DNA of 64,000 nt from Octopus bimaculoides (Eukaryota). Positions 25,005-37,830 of the stretch are shown here, in pieces; the first letter of the stretch is position 1; each line of letters starts with the position of its first letter. A program made the position numbers and the translations under genes. The notes under the pieces are model-generated. The model was given only the letters and a program-made list of their open reading frames with translations. It was not told where the DNA came from and made no database searches. Location of the stretch: contig NC_068981.1 of NCBI RefSeq assembly GCF_001194135.2, positions 78,015,060-78,079,059 of the forward strand, given 5' to 3'.

Positions 25005-25329
25005 TACATACAAATGTGTGTGTGTGTATATATACATATATATATATACACACGCACACATATGTATGTGCAAATATAACAATTCCAATTCAATTTATTT
25101 TCACTCTGTTACATCTCATATTTATGTGAGTGGGTGTTGGTGTGCATGTGTGTAGATGTGACTATAGCTGTGGAAGTATGTTTGTATGTGCATACGTATC
25201 TAGTTTGGTTGTATAATGCTTCTAGCTGAGTGTATAATAAGACACATACAAATATTTACAAACATACCAAGTTCCTTTTAAGTGTTGGGCTTCATGGAGG
25301 TAAGGTGGCTGAGTTTCTTTCAAGCGTTG

Positions 25330-25530
25330 GGCCTCATGGAGGCAATGTCCAAGGCCTTTTGGCATTGTGTTATATGCGATGAGCTTCTTCCAGTTTCTGT
25401 TTGCCAAATCCACTCACAAGGATTTTATCAGCCTGAGGCTATAGTAGAAGACACTTGCCCAAGGTACCACACAGTGGGACTGAACCAGGAACCATGTGGT
25501 TAGGAAGCAAGCTTCTTGCCACATAGTCAC
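25330..25530 (-). mobile_element. SINE family A head
   Basis: CCAAATCCACTCACAAGG...GAAGACACTTGCCCAAGGTACCAC.CAGTGGGACTGAACC. Confidence 0.8.
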
Positions 25531-25545
25531 ACCAGCACTTGTATA

Positions 25546-26223
25546 CAGGGTGGTTGTCAGAAAAGTGAAAAATTCATGAAATGCCGATTTATATTTTCAC
25601 AAGATCTATTTGAGGTAAACAATAAGTGTCACAAAGTTTGATACAAATGTTCAAAATGTCATCCTTGCACTTCGTGGCAGTATCTTAATCAAAAAATCTC
25701 AGCTCGTGTGACATTTTGAAGTGTAACTTGAAGGATGCCATTCCAAGATTATATGAAGCACATTTTGATTGGCACTTGCTCTGGTGGCACATAAAAGCAC
25801 CATTCGAGTGTGGCCAGTGCTACCTGACTGACACCCATGCCAATGGCACATAAAAAGCACCCACCACACTCTCTGAGTGGTTGGTGTTTAGGAAAGGCAT
25901 CCAGCTGTAGAAGCCTTCCTAAATCAGATTGGGACTTGGTGCAGCCTCCCCCGCTCCAGCTTACTAGTTCTCAGTCAAACTGTCCAACACATGCTGGCAT
26001 GGAAAGCAGACATTAAACGATGATGATGATGATGATGATGGATGATGGTTAGATGGCATCAATATTTCTGTATCTCTGCACTTCTTTTCTTGAGAGGGGC
26101 ACATGCCCCTCAGCTCCCCGCCCCCCCTTGGATCCACCCCTACGGTGTATCAGTTTATTGATGATATAATTAATGCTTGTTAGTTTTGCCTTCAAGTTTT
26201 TCGCTTTTCTAGCGACTACCCTG
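25546..26223. mobile_element. Non-autonomous Tc1/mariner element with imperfect TIRs and TA TSD, carrying a nested RTE 3' fragment
   Basis: TA|CAGGGTGGTTGTCAGAAAAGTGAAAAA versus TA|CAGGGTAGTCGCTAGAAAAGCGAAAAA (reverse complement of the right end). RTE tail nested at ~25770-26045. Confidence 0.7.
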
Positions 26224-26225
26224 TA

Positions 26226-26269
<44 letters not shown>

Positions 26270-26273
<4 letters not shown>

Positions 26274-26545
26274 TCGAGCGAAATCGTTGCCAGTGCCCCC
26301 TAGACTGGCTTGTGCAGGTGGCACATAAAAGACACCATTTCGAGCGTGGCCGTTTTCGTGCGAGTGACACGTAAAAGCACCCACTACACTCTCCGAGTGG
26401 TTGGTGTTAGGAAGGGCATCCAGCTGTAGAAACTCTGCCAAATTAGATTGGAGCCTGGTGTTGCCATCCGGTTTCACCAGTCCTCAGTCAAATCGTCCAA
26501 CCCATGCTAGCATGGAAAGTGGATGTTAAACGATGATGATGATAT
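26270..26545 (+). mobile_element. RTE 3'UTR copy, highly similar to 19990-20273
   Basis: Aligns by eye with few substitutions and ends in (GAT)n. Confidence 0.85.
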
Positions 26546-27129
26546 AAAACAAAAGAAAATATAAAAGATTGTTTATAAGATATCTAGTTTCACCATCTTA
26601 CGTATGTTTCACTAACATGAGGTGATTATTAGTTATTTCATAGAAATTACATAATTAAACTTCTTGTCAAATCATCAAACTTGTGTAGCGTTTATATGTA
26701 ACAGTATTGTGTTGAAAAAATGACAGAATTCCCAGTTATGGAGATGGTTAGCAATTGTACTAGACTAACACAAGGGACATGTTACATTTGGTAGCAGTTG
26801 GGAGAACACACAACACAACAGGAGGTGACAGAGAGATAAAATGTTGCCAGAAAGGCTGTTAGTATAGACATATAAGATAATTTTGTGATTAACAATTTTA
26901 TTGTGTCTTTTTATCAGTTGTCTTTCTTTGATGCTCCTTAAATGTAGACGACCATTTATAAATATATATATATAATCTCTTAAAATGTACATTGTAGATA
27001 CATTTGCAGACACAAACATGCTCTCAATACATGCACACACACGCACACACACACATGCACACACACACACATGCACACAGACACACACACATTTATATGC
27101 ATGCATACATTCACATATGTGAATGTGTG

Positions 27130-27185
<56 letters not shown>

Positions 27186-27474
27186 CACATGCAGAAGGAA
27201 GAGTCATGTATACATATAAGCAGAGATATTAAGTGCTTGCACTGACGTAAATGATGTGTATAGATGTTTTAATACCATATGACACACATGCACACGTCTT
27301 TGATACATATATATGCATGCAAATTTACTCTCTCTCTCTCTCTCTCTCTCAATATGTATATATATAGACAAGCATCCACATATAGGGCCTTATATATATA
27401 TAGATATATATAGATAGATAGTTATAAAACCATGCACGTGTGTGTGTATTTTTATTCGTATTCATAGACTCTTC

Positions 27475-27524
<50 letters not shown>

Positions 27525-27621
27525 GTTGAGCACATAAGTGCAAAACAAGGTGGAAAAAATAGTACTCGAATACCAAAGGTAGAGTAATATACTTTTTATT
27601 ACAGCTGCAAAATTATCACCA

Positions 27622-27663
27622 AATTGTTACTCAGAATTTCAAGTTGCCATTTGTCGGACAGTT
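27622..27663 (-). ncRNA. Decayed hammerhead-like motif, third family
   Basis: Minus strand: AACUGU CCGACAA AUG-GCAA-CUU GAAA UUC-U-GAG UA/ACAAUU. The core deviates at positions 4 and 8. Confidence 0.4.
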
Positions 27664-28489
27664 GTGATACACACACATATATATATATACACACATATAC
27701 TTGCCTCAGGATCTAGAAAAGCAATATATATGTATATAATTTAGTCTCCTGGTCTCATGCCATCTCTACTCTACCGGTCATTCATTACAACACCTGTGTG
27801 TTCATATTGTCTTTGCACAGGGGCCATCCGGACTCCTGCTTTCGCTGTGAACAGGATTTAATTTTCTCTCTTCACTCCTTTGCGCCACATGGGCTCAACT
27901 ACCCTCCTCTTCTCTCTTTATCTGACACCTACTTCTTCCCTTCACTCCTACCCACTTACTCCCTTCATATAATTTCATACATTCATGTATATTTTGAGTT
28001 GTCGATACATGTTTCAATCCAATGAGTAATACCGTACTATCTAAGTTATTTACATTCCAGTTTTTAAAGTGTTAATATGGTATATGCTTCCATTTTGTAG
28101 ATAAATTATTTCTGCTTTGTTAATTGTGTTTTGACTATTTGTTTATCTAGAGTTATTTCGACTAAAATGGAAAGATTTGAGAAATTTAAGTTTCCAAGAA
28201 AAACAAAACCCTAATGCTGGCTCTGGCAAGTTTCAAACTCTCTTAACAATAACCATTATTAGCTCTATATTAAAACAACTGTTGCTTAATGGTTATTTCT
28301 TGATATTTCAGTAGTAATTCTGGTAAACTTAGCATTCCATTGCTTCTAGATTATTGAAGTAAAATCGATGCAGGCATGTTCAAATGGTTACAATGTTCAC
28401 ATTGCAATTTTTATGTTCCAAATTCAATCCCATTACTTTGCAACTTTAGAAAATGCTCAGTGAATGAAATTGGTTGGGCAAAAATTGTG

Positions 28490-28648
28490 TGGCACAGTTA
28501 TTGCTGTGTGGTTAAGCTTATTTTGTAACCTTGTGGTTTTGGGTTCTGGCCCTCTCTTTGGCATCTTGAGCAAGTGTCTTCAGCTGTAGCCTTGCACCAA
28601 CAAATGCTTTCTGAGTGAATTTAGTAGATAAGAACTGTATGCCGGCCC

Positions 28649-28709
<61 letters not shown>
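28490..28709 (+). mobile_element. Degenerate SINE family A ending in (TG)n
   Basis: GCTGTGTGGTTAAG...GGCATCTTGAGCAAGTGTCTTC. Confidence 0.65.
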
Positions 28710-29094
28710 NNNNNNNNNNNNNNNNNNNNNNNNNNNNNNNNNNNNNNNNNNNNNNNNNNNNNNNNNNNNNNNNNNNNNNNNNNNNNNNNNNNNNNNNNNN
28801 NNNNNNNNNNNNNNNNNNNNNNNNNNNNNNNNNNNNNNNNNNNNNNNNNNNNNNNNNNNNNAGATTTAAAACAAATACTAGGGCCAATTTCATCATTAAA
28901 CCTTCAATGGCTGAAACAAGTATAAGAATAAAAGAATATTGCTTCATCATATACTCAAAATGTAGAATTGAATGTGTGTTCTTGTAGATATGTTAGATCT
29001 GTGAACTATGTTTTTGTTCAGTCTCTGGTCAACAGAGAGGGATTTAACTTATTATTAAATCCATTAGATCTATGACCATTATATATATATATAC

Positions 29095-29134
<40 letters not shown>

Positions 29135-30379
29135 CATTGCCTGTTTTGGGGTTGGTTAGATGTAACTTTTATTTCCAGCAGGTTAAGCGACAATGTCCCC
29201 TCTAAGCAGTCACAACCAAGATACATTTCACAGTACTGTGTCAGGAATCTCTGGCCCCACTTAGCTTTGGTAGGTCCTCAATTTCTTGTATCTCTTTTAC
29301 CAATATCGCTGCTGTAGTTGAGTGGTCTTCGTTTCATATTAGGGTATGGAAATCTCCAAAATATAACATCTGATATGGTTTGTTGTATAGTAGAGGCCAG
29401 CAGTGATTATGTAAAGGTACCCTGAGTGTTGAAGCATGGTGGATAAGATCATAAGACTTTGGTTTTTCCTTTGAAGAAGTTACATAAATTTGTTTTGGTT
29501 TAGTCTACTTAGTCTAGTGCTTTTATGTCTTCAATATTAATTATTAAAAAAAGGCTTCAAATAGTAAAAAGGCGCCTTCTGCAATTAAGATATAAATTTT
29601 TATTTTCCTTTTTGTTTTTTAAAGTTCATGTAGAAATCATTGAAAATATTGATTTCCCTTTACCAGGCACAACATCAAATAAATTTCTCTAAGAGTGGTT
29701 GTAATCATGTTACAATTCCATTCGTATCTTGGAAGATTTGAAGGAATATTAAATCAAGCTTAGAACTTGCCTGGTACTCGATTTTTATTGACTTCAGAAG
29801 AATGAAAGGCAAAGTTGACCTAGACAGGACTTGAACTCATAACTAAATAATTCTGATATTTTGTCATATGCTCTAATGACTTTGCCAATCACTGAATTAA
29901 ATGTTGATTAAAATCAACTTATTTCTTTAAATCTGAAGAAATGAAAAGTAAGGAGTTTGAAATAACAAATATAAGTCATGGAAATGTCAAATATGTTTTA
30001 ATGAGCTTTGAATTTGGATGAGATTATCAAAGAATATTTGTAGATGTTACACACTTTGCTTTTGTTTATTGATAGAATCACACATCTAAAGACCTCATAG
30101 GGAGCAAACATATCAGATGCCATAGCTGTGTGCCACCATCTCATTTATCTCATGTGAACACCAGTTGTTGTTGCTGCCTCTGCTTCCTCCACCTGTACAG
30201 CAGGTGGCGCGTCAGTAGTCTCCATTTGCTGCTGCCACAACCTAGGCAGGTTTCTCTCTTCATTTTTTTCTTGGTTGATTGACCCTCACTCTCAACTTGC
30301 TTCAGCATCTTCTGCCTGTGTGACTGTCACAGATTTTGCTTTTTTAGGGGACTTGGTCAGGTAGTTCAGTCTCATTGAT

Positions 30380-30605
30380 CACTTAACCTGCTAGAAATAG
30401 CTACCAAATGTCTCTTAAATCACACCATACCTTCATGAGATATAAAAAAAAAAAGACAGGACATATTAGATAATGTAGCTCTTGGTATACAAAAAGACAT
30501 GGAGAGTCATGGCTGGAAAACTTTTGATCATAAATTTCAGTTTTTTCGCCCCAAGGCAGTCATGATCAAATAGATCAGAGCTGTTTTGGGGCTAAATAAC
30601 TGCAA
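30380..30605 (-). mobile_element. Repeat family C copy
   Basis: CTAGAAATAGCTACCAAAT...GGCTGGAAAACTTTTGATCAT...GGGGCTAAATAAC. Confidence 0.6.
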
Positions 30606-32764
30606 TGCTTTTGTATATTGCAAAAACAAAAGCAAAAAGGCAAATGAAAAAACAAAAAATTAAATGAATAAAATAAAAATGAAAATAATAATAATAATAG
30701 AAAACATTCCATCATATTCATATCATAAGTGAATAATTAGAACTATGAAAATTGTTCTCTATTTGGTGGAAAGGCTAGTGTTTTCATGATCATGTATGCT
30801 AACATCTGAGTTAGCCCTATAATATACCAGTAACAGGAAACACAGACATAAAAAAAAGTATGTTGAAAGAGAAATACAAATCAATGAAAGCTTTTCTTTG
30901 TCTGTTAAATAAACAAATGTCCATATTTTCAGTTTTTTTTTTTTTTATCCTATTGCACAAATTCTCAGATGCATGTAGCTGTAACTTATAAAAATAATTA
31001 TTCCACCCATCCACATATTCTTTTTTTTTTCTCTCTTTTTGTGTCTGTGTATTTATTTTCTTGTATCATGGTTCATTTCACTAAACTATGCACAGATGCT
31101 TATGTTATTGCTGTTTGGATAAACAAGTGAAAATAAGCAATTATATACACTCTCAAGCAATAGAAGTTATATTGATATATAAATTTTTTTTCTCTCTTCT
31201 CTTTCAAATTATTCAATTATATTTTGTCAACATAATATAATCAACATACTCATGATTTGCTGTATTCTCTTAATTTACTCGGTGAAGCTCAAACAACTAA
31301 TTGAGTATTGTGGTCACAGTGACTAAAATATAAAATGTAGAGGTGGATACAAGAATTTCTTTTAATAATCTTTTTAATTACTCTGTCATATGGTGAAATC
31401 ATTCAATACACTTGTTTCCTATAAATGGTAAATTATTAATGAGGAAATTATTAATTGATCACAGCTATAGTGTTGATTATGGGGAGGGGTGTCAGACTTC
31501 TGGCTATAGGGCTGTCAGTTACTGTAGCTGTTGACTGCCACCCTCTGCTTCCCACCAGACTCAGTGTGTGTCTAATTGCTCTGAAGTACCCCATTTTCTG
31601 AGTCATTGTTTGAACAAAAGAACAATAGAATATGGTCAGAATATAACTCAAAATAGTATGGAAATGCTTACTGTCAACCTAAAGTAACTGGTGAGTGTTG
31701 CCTTTCAAGATGGACATCTTAAAATCAGTCTTTGACATGTCCATTAAAGATGTTTTCTCTTTATACTGATATTATACTGACATAGTCCAAAAGCAAATAA
31801 AACAACTAAACCTTAGTCTACAGTCTGTAGCTGAAATCAAACCCTTTACTGTTCATGGTCAAGTTATTTAAATTCTGTGCTTTCTACAAGCAGTAAAAGT
31901 ATAATCAATGAGCAGTAATGAGCTTGTGGGGTTAAATTTCAATCTTGTTATGAGCCAAGATTAGGCAACTGCAAACTGTTCCAATGTATTCTTACTATGA
32001 CTTGCTAAAATTAGCTTGATCATAAAGAGTTCAAATATTTTAGTATGTGTGTGTCTTTGATGTGAGTGACTTTGATGGAAACTGTATGAAGCCCATTGTA
32101 TATGCATGTGCATAGTAAATATAAATGCCTGTGTATATTCTTGTGTCTTTTTTAGGAATGTTTACATTCCTAGTGATATTAACATTTCCTTATCAACGAA
32201 ATGTCTGATAGATCTGCATTTTCAAAAACACATAGAATGAAAACTCTTATACTTGAATAACAGAAAAGAGTTAGTAACAAAAAAGGCATCTGGCTATAAA
32301 AACAATGCCTCAATAATATGTATCTGTCTAATACTTGCCACTATAGAGAAACAGACATAAAAGAAATAAATGAAAGAAATAACATTACAGTTTAATAAGA
32401 AATATCTTAATTTATATGTTTGTATCTTGTCTCTCATTTTGATAACAAGTGTAGTATACAGGCAGGTGTTCAAGAGGTCTGTCTTCAGTTTCCAACTATT
32501 TATTGTAGTTCTCTAGTCAGTAACACTGATGTTTAAGACCAATGTACTTGATAACCCTTTCATGTTTTCACCTATTGGTTTTTAAAGCAAGATTCACTCT
32601 TTGTCACATTGTCTTTGCTTCACAAAATTTAGAGCTACTGAAATTGTTTGATTCCTCTCCTGCACTTGTCATTTATAGAGTCTGACCACTCCCCTAAATT
32701 GAAGATTTTCAACTCTCTAAATTTCGTATGTAAGACTCATATACTTATGTAGATATATTGAAGG

Positions 32765-33020
32765 TGCATGCCTCAGTGGTTAGTGTCAGACTCACAATTG
32801 TGAGGTAGTGAGTTCAACTCCCAGACTGGGCTATGTTGTGTTCTTGACACTTTATTTCATGTTGCTCCAGTTCCTTCAGCTTTAGAAATGAGTTGTGATG
32901 TCACTGGTGCCAAGCTGTCTCAGCCTTTGCCTTTCCCTTGCATAACATCAGTGGTGTGGAGAACGGAGGCTGGTATGTATGGGCAACTGCTGGTCTTCTA
33001 TAAACAACCTTGCCCACAGC
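32765..33020 (+). mobile_element. tRNA-derived SINE family D
   Basis: GCATGCCTCAGTGGTTAG...GAGTTCAACTCCC...GTTGCTCCAGTT...GTCACTGGTGCCAAGCTG. Confidence 0.8.
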
Positions 33021-33560
33021 TATACACACATACAGAAACACACCTACATACACTGATACATCCCTCAGAGCACAAAAATTCACCCATACAGAGATCACAT
33101 CAACACTTGCTCCATAGAGCACACGCATGCACTCACACAGATACAGCCACAGGATACATTCACACAGGCACACTCGCATGCTCGTAGATCCACCACACGC
33201 ACACCCACATGCTCCACAGCACCCACACCACAGGACATACAAATCCAAATGTACATCAACACCCATAGTCTCACCTGTCTGCAGGCAAATACATTTATAC
33301 ACTCACATGATTATACACACACGCATTTGTACATAGATATACTCATGTACACATCAGTACACATCAGAGACTTCCATTTAGCACTTATATACACACACAC
33401 AAGCATATAGAAGCACGTCAACGTTGTACTAACATGCACACACACTCACAGTACTACTCAGACACAGAACAACAAACAGTACATGGGAAAAAGCCCACAC
33501 ACCTGTCCATGGACACATAGCAATGTATGAAACGATAGCATGATGCTCACTGTTCAATGT
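33020..33560. repeat. Cryptic CA-rich degenerate microsatellite region
   Basis: Dense CACA/CATA/CAGA words; generates the His/Thr-rich ORFs at 32888-33336. Confidence 0.7.
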
Positions 33561-33661
33561 GGATTATGGCAGTGCATCTTGAAGATGAAACAATTGTGGT
33601 AATATTAATTTTCTTGTTGGTACTTTCCATCTTCTCTTTTTATATTTAATATATATGTATA

Positions 33662-33700
<39 letters not shown>

Positions 33701-33828
33701 ACTTGTATATTTGTTTATGTGTGTATGTATGGATGAGTAATGTTTCCACAAATGTAAACTGTAATGCAGAAAAACGTACTCAGTAGTGAGGTAACACTTT
33801 TTTTTTCTCAAATGTGAGAATTTGTGAC

Positions 33829-33868
33829 TTGTTACTCAGAGTTTCTTGTTTACATTCGCCAGATAACA
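33829..33868 (-). ncRNA. Decayed hammerhead-like motif, paralogous to 27622-27663
   Basis: Minus strand: UGUUAU CUGGCGA AUG-UAAA-CAA GAAA CUC-U-GAG UA/ACAA. It shares TTGTTACTCAGA and upstream GTACTC flanking sequence with the 27.6 kb copy. Confidence 0.4.
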
Positions 33869-33968
33869 GAAAATCCATCCATGAAATTTTCTTTAAATCC
33901 ATATTTGATTGAGTAGCTTTCTTTTAGATCAGCTGACAATTGGAGATAACCTGGGTGGTGATGTTTAA

Positions 33969-34188
33969 CCCTTTAGCATTCAGCTCACTCTGTTAGATGC
34001 AATGCTTATTTATTCACATTGTTTTGAATTGATCATGCATTATCTCATGGATCTGAGATTTCAATGATGAGATAGTATATTTTTAGAATGTCACTGTAGG
34101 TTAAGTGTGAGAGGCTGGATCTGGCCAGTTTGAATATGAAACAAGCAGAATGTTTTGCCCAGATCTGGCTGGTTTAAATGCTAAAGGG
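33969..34188 (+). mobile_element. piggyBac-type MITE, 220 bp
   Basis: TTAA|CCCTTTAGCATT ... AATGCTAAAGGG|TTAA: 12-bp TIR and TTAA TSD. Confidence 0.85.
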
Positions 34189-34469
34189 TTAAGGAGAGAA
34201 AGAGATGGCAAAATAAAGTCAAAGCAATAGGGAAGATAAGAATAATGAAAGGGGAGTGTAGTAAATTAAAAGTTGAGTTAAGCAAAGGAAAACAAAAAAG
34301 AAAAGATAGACATAATGTGAAACCAGGTAGCTGAGCAGAAACATCTTCCTCTTTTGCTTTTGCTTAGCTATCTTGGGCAAGTATCTTCTACCCCAAGCTA
34401 ACCAAAGCTTTGGGAGTGAATTTTTCATATATACACATTGTGTGTATGTGTGTGCGCGCGAGCACACGT

Positions 34470-34516
<47 letters not shown>

Positions 34517-35346
34517 AACAAACAAACAAACAAACAAACAAACCAACAAACATTAGTTATGTACTACAACAAAATGGTTATTTCAGGTCTTGACACTTTC
34601 AAACAGTAATAAATGGAATTTTCAGCCTTCATGGAAACCATATTTGCCTCTTTTATTTTTGTTGAGTAGAATGAAAATCTATATTCTATGAAATTCTCAT
34701 ATATTTATATACACTCAGAATAAAAGAAATCCCCTGGTAAAAGAAGATAGACAACCACCAGAAAGCCCTCTTTGAACACAATGTCCAATACCATTGTGAC
34801 TGAATGTGTGTATGTAACCGTGTGCGTGTGTGTTTGTGAGAGAGGTGGGAGTAGAAGTAAACATTACAACTTTTACTGTGCAACTTTGATGAGTATTGTA
34901 GAATAGGAGATAAATCTGGTTTTGATTCTTGGTTACAGCTATTTCTCTTGACTAACATTGGTGATGCCCTGGGGGAAAATATGAAGACTGCAATTTAAAT
35001 TTCCAGTTTTTCTGATGGTAATAGAACTAATCTCTAATCAGTGGATGTCACCAATTATGAATGGTCAAACATTTAATATACAATGCTATTTATTTCTCTT
35101 GTTTGAAATAATTATATAGCTTGTCAGTTCTATTTTTGGTATTTTTCTTCCTTTTATATCCACAAGTCTGTTCTCATATATCATTCTAGTAAAGAAAAAT
35201 TGTGTATAAGGTAAGACAAAACTGTCGTATCTTGAATTTATTCTTCAGGGAGTTGATTTCGTGTTTTCTTTTTCTTTTTTCTTTCCATTTTATTACCATG
35301 CCTTATATGCTTTGCTCTTGATGATTCTATTATGTCTTCTTTATTA

Positions 35347-35389
<43 letters not shown>

Positions 35390-35498
35390 TGCCAGCATTC
35401 TTTTTGGTTTACTGCTGTCACACTAACCATTGTTAATATAGATCAATTAATTTGTCTGCACTCTTTAATTGTTGATTCAAATTTATTCATTTTTACAG

Positions 35499-35522
35499 AG
35501 TACATCACATCTTTGCACAAAG
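35499..35522 (+). CDS. Candidate 24-nt frame-preserving microexon of an unidentified host gene (EYITSLHK if phase 1)
   Basis: Acceptor tttattcatttttacAG, donor AAG|GTAGGC, no stop in any frame, CACTAAC at 35421-27, two TGCATG motifs at 35591-96 and 35604-09, non-repetitive flanks. Confidence 0.5.
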
Positions 35523-36540
35523 GTAGGCTATCTGAATAGATCCTTGCCTGTTTGTTGTTATTACTTACTACAATTTGCTCGCCGTTGGTTTGCATGTAAA
35601 TTCTGCATGTGTAACTGTCGGTTATTTACTTTGCAACTGATATAAATGTATAATAGTGTTGCTGATTTATTCAGTTACAATTATAATCATCATTGTTTGC
35701 ATTCATTGAAGATTTTGATTTTATTAGCTTTTCCATTACTTATTCTATTGGTAATTTTAACAGTTATTGTCTTCTGAAATTAGCATTTGGTAAGTGTAAT
35801 AAAGTTATATTAATATACTCTAACACACTCTGTGTGTAAATGGTTAAGTTTATTAATTGAAAGATTTATTTAATTTGTTTAAATATGTATATATTTTTTT
35901 AAAGAGTTGCATGACAGATTTCCTGGTAGGAAAAGCATGAAGTAGGATTCTTCTATTTGTTAATTAATAATCAAAATATAGGATTATGTAGGAATTTGAA
36001 CTCTATCACCTCAAGCTCCATACCAAATGTCATAATTATGTCCTAGTGAAATTGTTGAACAGATAAGAGTATTGAAATACTAGTTTATAGATCTTGAGTT
36101 CAAATCAACTTCGAGCATTTTTCACCAAGCTTTTACAGATAGGAATAAAATTACATGATTTTACTAACCCTTACAAACTGACCTCACACGGAAAGCAAAA
36201 GTTTGGAGTAGTTGGGTAGTTGAAGCTGAGAAAAATATATGCATTACATGGAGGCAAGGCACAAAGAATTCCTGAAGCTTCATTTCAATAGTGTTGAATC
36301 ATTGAAGCCTCATTTCCCAATTGTGAAGATGAGGATAAAAAGAATGCAACATTCTATTTGAGGAAAATGTCTCATCTAATTAATGTTATGAAACCAAAGC
36401 ATTTTACTAACTCTTGCACTTCACTAACCCCTTAGTGTATTTGGAAACATGTTTTCTCTTTTTACTGGTCATATATGATGGCATGAAGTACATATAATAA
36501 ACCAGTCTTCTTTGTTTATGTGTGTGTGTGTGTGTGTATG

Positions 36541-36594
<54 letters not shown>

Positions 36595-37209
36595 GTCATA
36601 TAATATTACAGTTCATATGGAGAGGACACATTTTTTTTTTAAATTAAGATCAATATTACTAATGAATGTAGTTTTTGGAATAGAAATGGAATAACAGAAA
36701 CAAAATGATATGCAGATGCAATACTGCAGTAAGATTATATAAAAACATTGATTAATAACCAAATAAAATATTATACTTTCCTTACTATAGACAAGTGTCT
36801 TCAATGTATATCATCATTTTTATTACTTTCAGTTAGCTTTAATCAGCTTCTATCAAACTGAACTATTGCATGGAGCATATCCAATAACAGTCTAATTTAT
36901 GACATCTTTTCTAAAATAGTTAATGGTATTTTCTGTTATTAATGTTGTCAAGGGGCTCAAATGTTTGGAGGATTATGCCAAAGTTTAGTCTGGTAATGTG
37001 AACTTGTTAGTAGTAATTATAATAGTATTTTACCCAATTCACCTCTGGTTTGGTAGACTTATCATCGAATAAATTCCAACCATGATCAACTTGCTTTTTT
37101 CATTCAAAAATAGTTTATATTAGACTACATTATCCAGCAGGATTTCAAAATGCATGAACATCAGAATTATTTGGATTCCTTCCACTACAAATATATTAGT
37201 CGCCATGTT

Positions 37210-37590
37210 TACATTTTATCTTTTACTCGTTTCCAGTCACTAGACTGTGGTCATGCTGGGGCACCACCATGAATAATTTTTTAGTTAAACAAATTGACCC
37301 CAGTACTAACTTTTTTCTTTAAGCTCAGTATTTATACTATCAGTCTCTTCGCCGAACCGCTAAGTTACAAGGATGCAAACACACCACCACTGGTTGTCAA
37401 GCAGTGGAGGGACAAATACTGACACACACACGTATGTGTATGCAACAGGCTTCTTTCAGTTTCTGTCTACTAAATTTTCATGAAGTTTTGATTGGCTTGA
37501 GGCTATAGTAGAAGACACTTACCCAAAGTACCTCACAGTAGGACTAAACTTGGAACCATATGGTTAGGTAACAAACTTCTTACTACACAT
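37210..37590 (-). mobile_element. SINE family A, near full length
   Basis: GTTTCCAGTCACTAGACTGTGGTCATGCTGG...CCGAACCGCTAAGTTAC...GAAGACACTTACCCAA. Confidence 0.75.
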
Positions 37591-37624
37591 TCTTGTTCAT
37601 ATATATATATCTGTGTATGTGTGT

Positions 37625-37830
37625 GTCTCTTTGTTTTGATATTGTGTGATACTTGCAGAGGCCTTCATTTCCAATATTCTATGAGAACATGTCCAGCCAT
37701 AGGGATATATTATCTTGGTTAGAAACAGATGAGGGCTGGTACTTCGAAGAACATTTGGCCATTGAAAATCTGCTTCAACAAATTCCACCTGACCCATGCA
37801 GGCATGAACAAGTAGACATTACAACAATGA
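37625..37830 (+). mobile_element. SINE tail segment (RTE-type tail)
   Basis: GAAAATCTGCTTCAACAAATTCCACCTGACCCATGCAGGCATGAACAAGTAGAC. Confidence 0.55.

Noticed and set aside
27995-28030. GAAACAUGUA (minus strand), a hammerhead-like 3' half; similar at 26590-26625 and 62850-62880
   Set aside because: No CUGANGA core or helix pairing upstream.
30130-30350. GC-richer segment with minus-strand CLGCGS, possibly a LINE ORF1 zinc knuckle
   Set aside because: Stops in all frames and an incomplete CCHC motif; cannot be classified.
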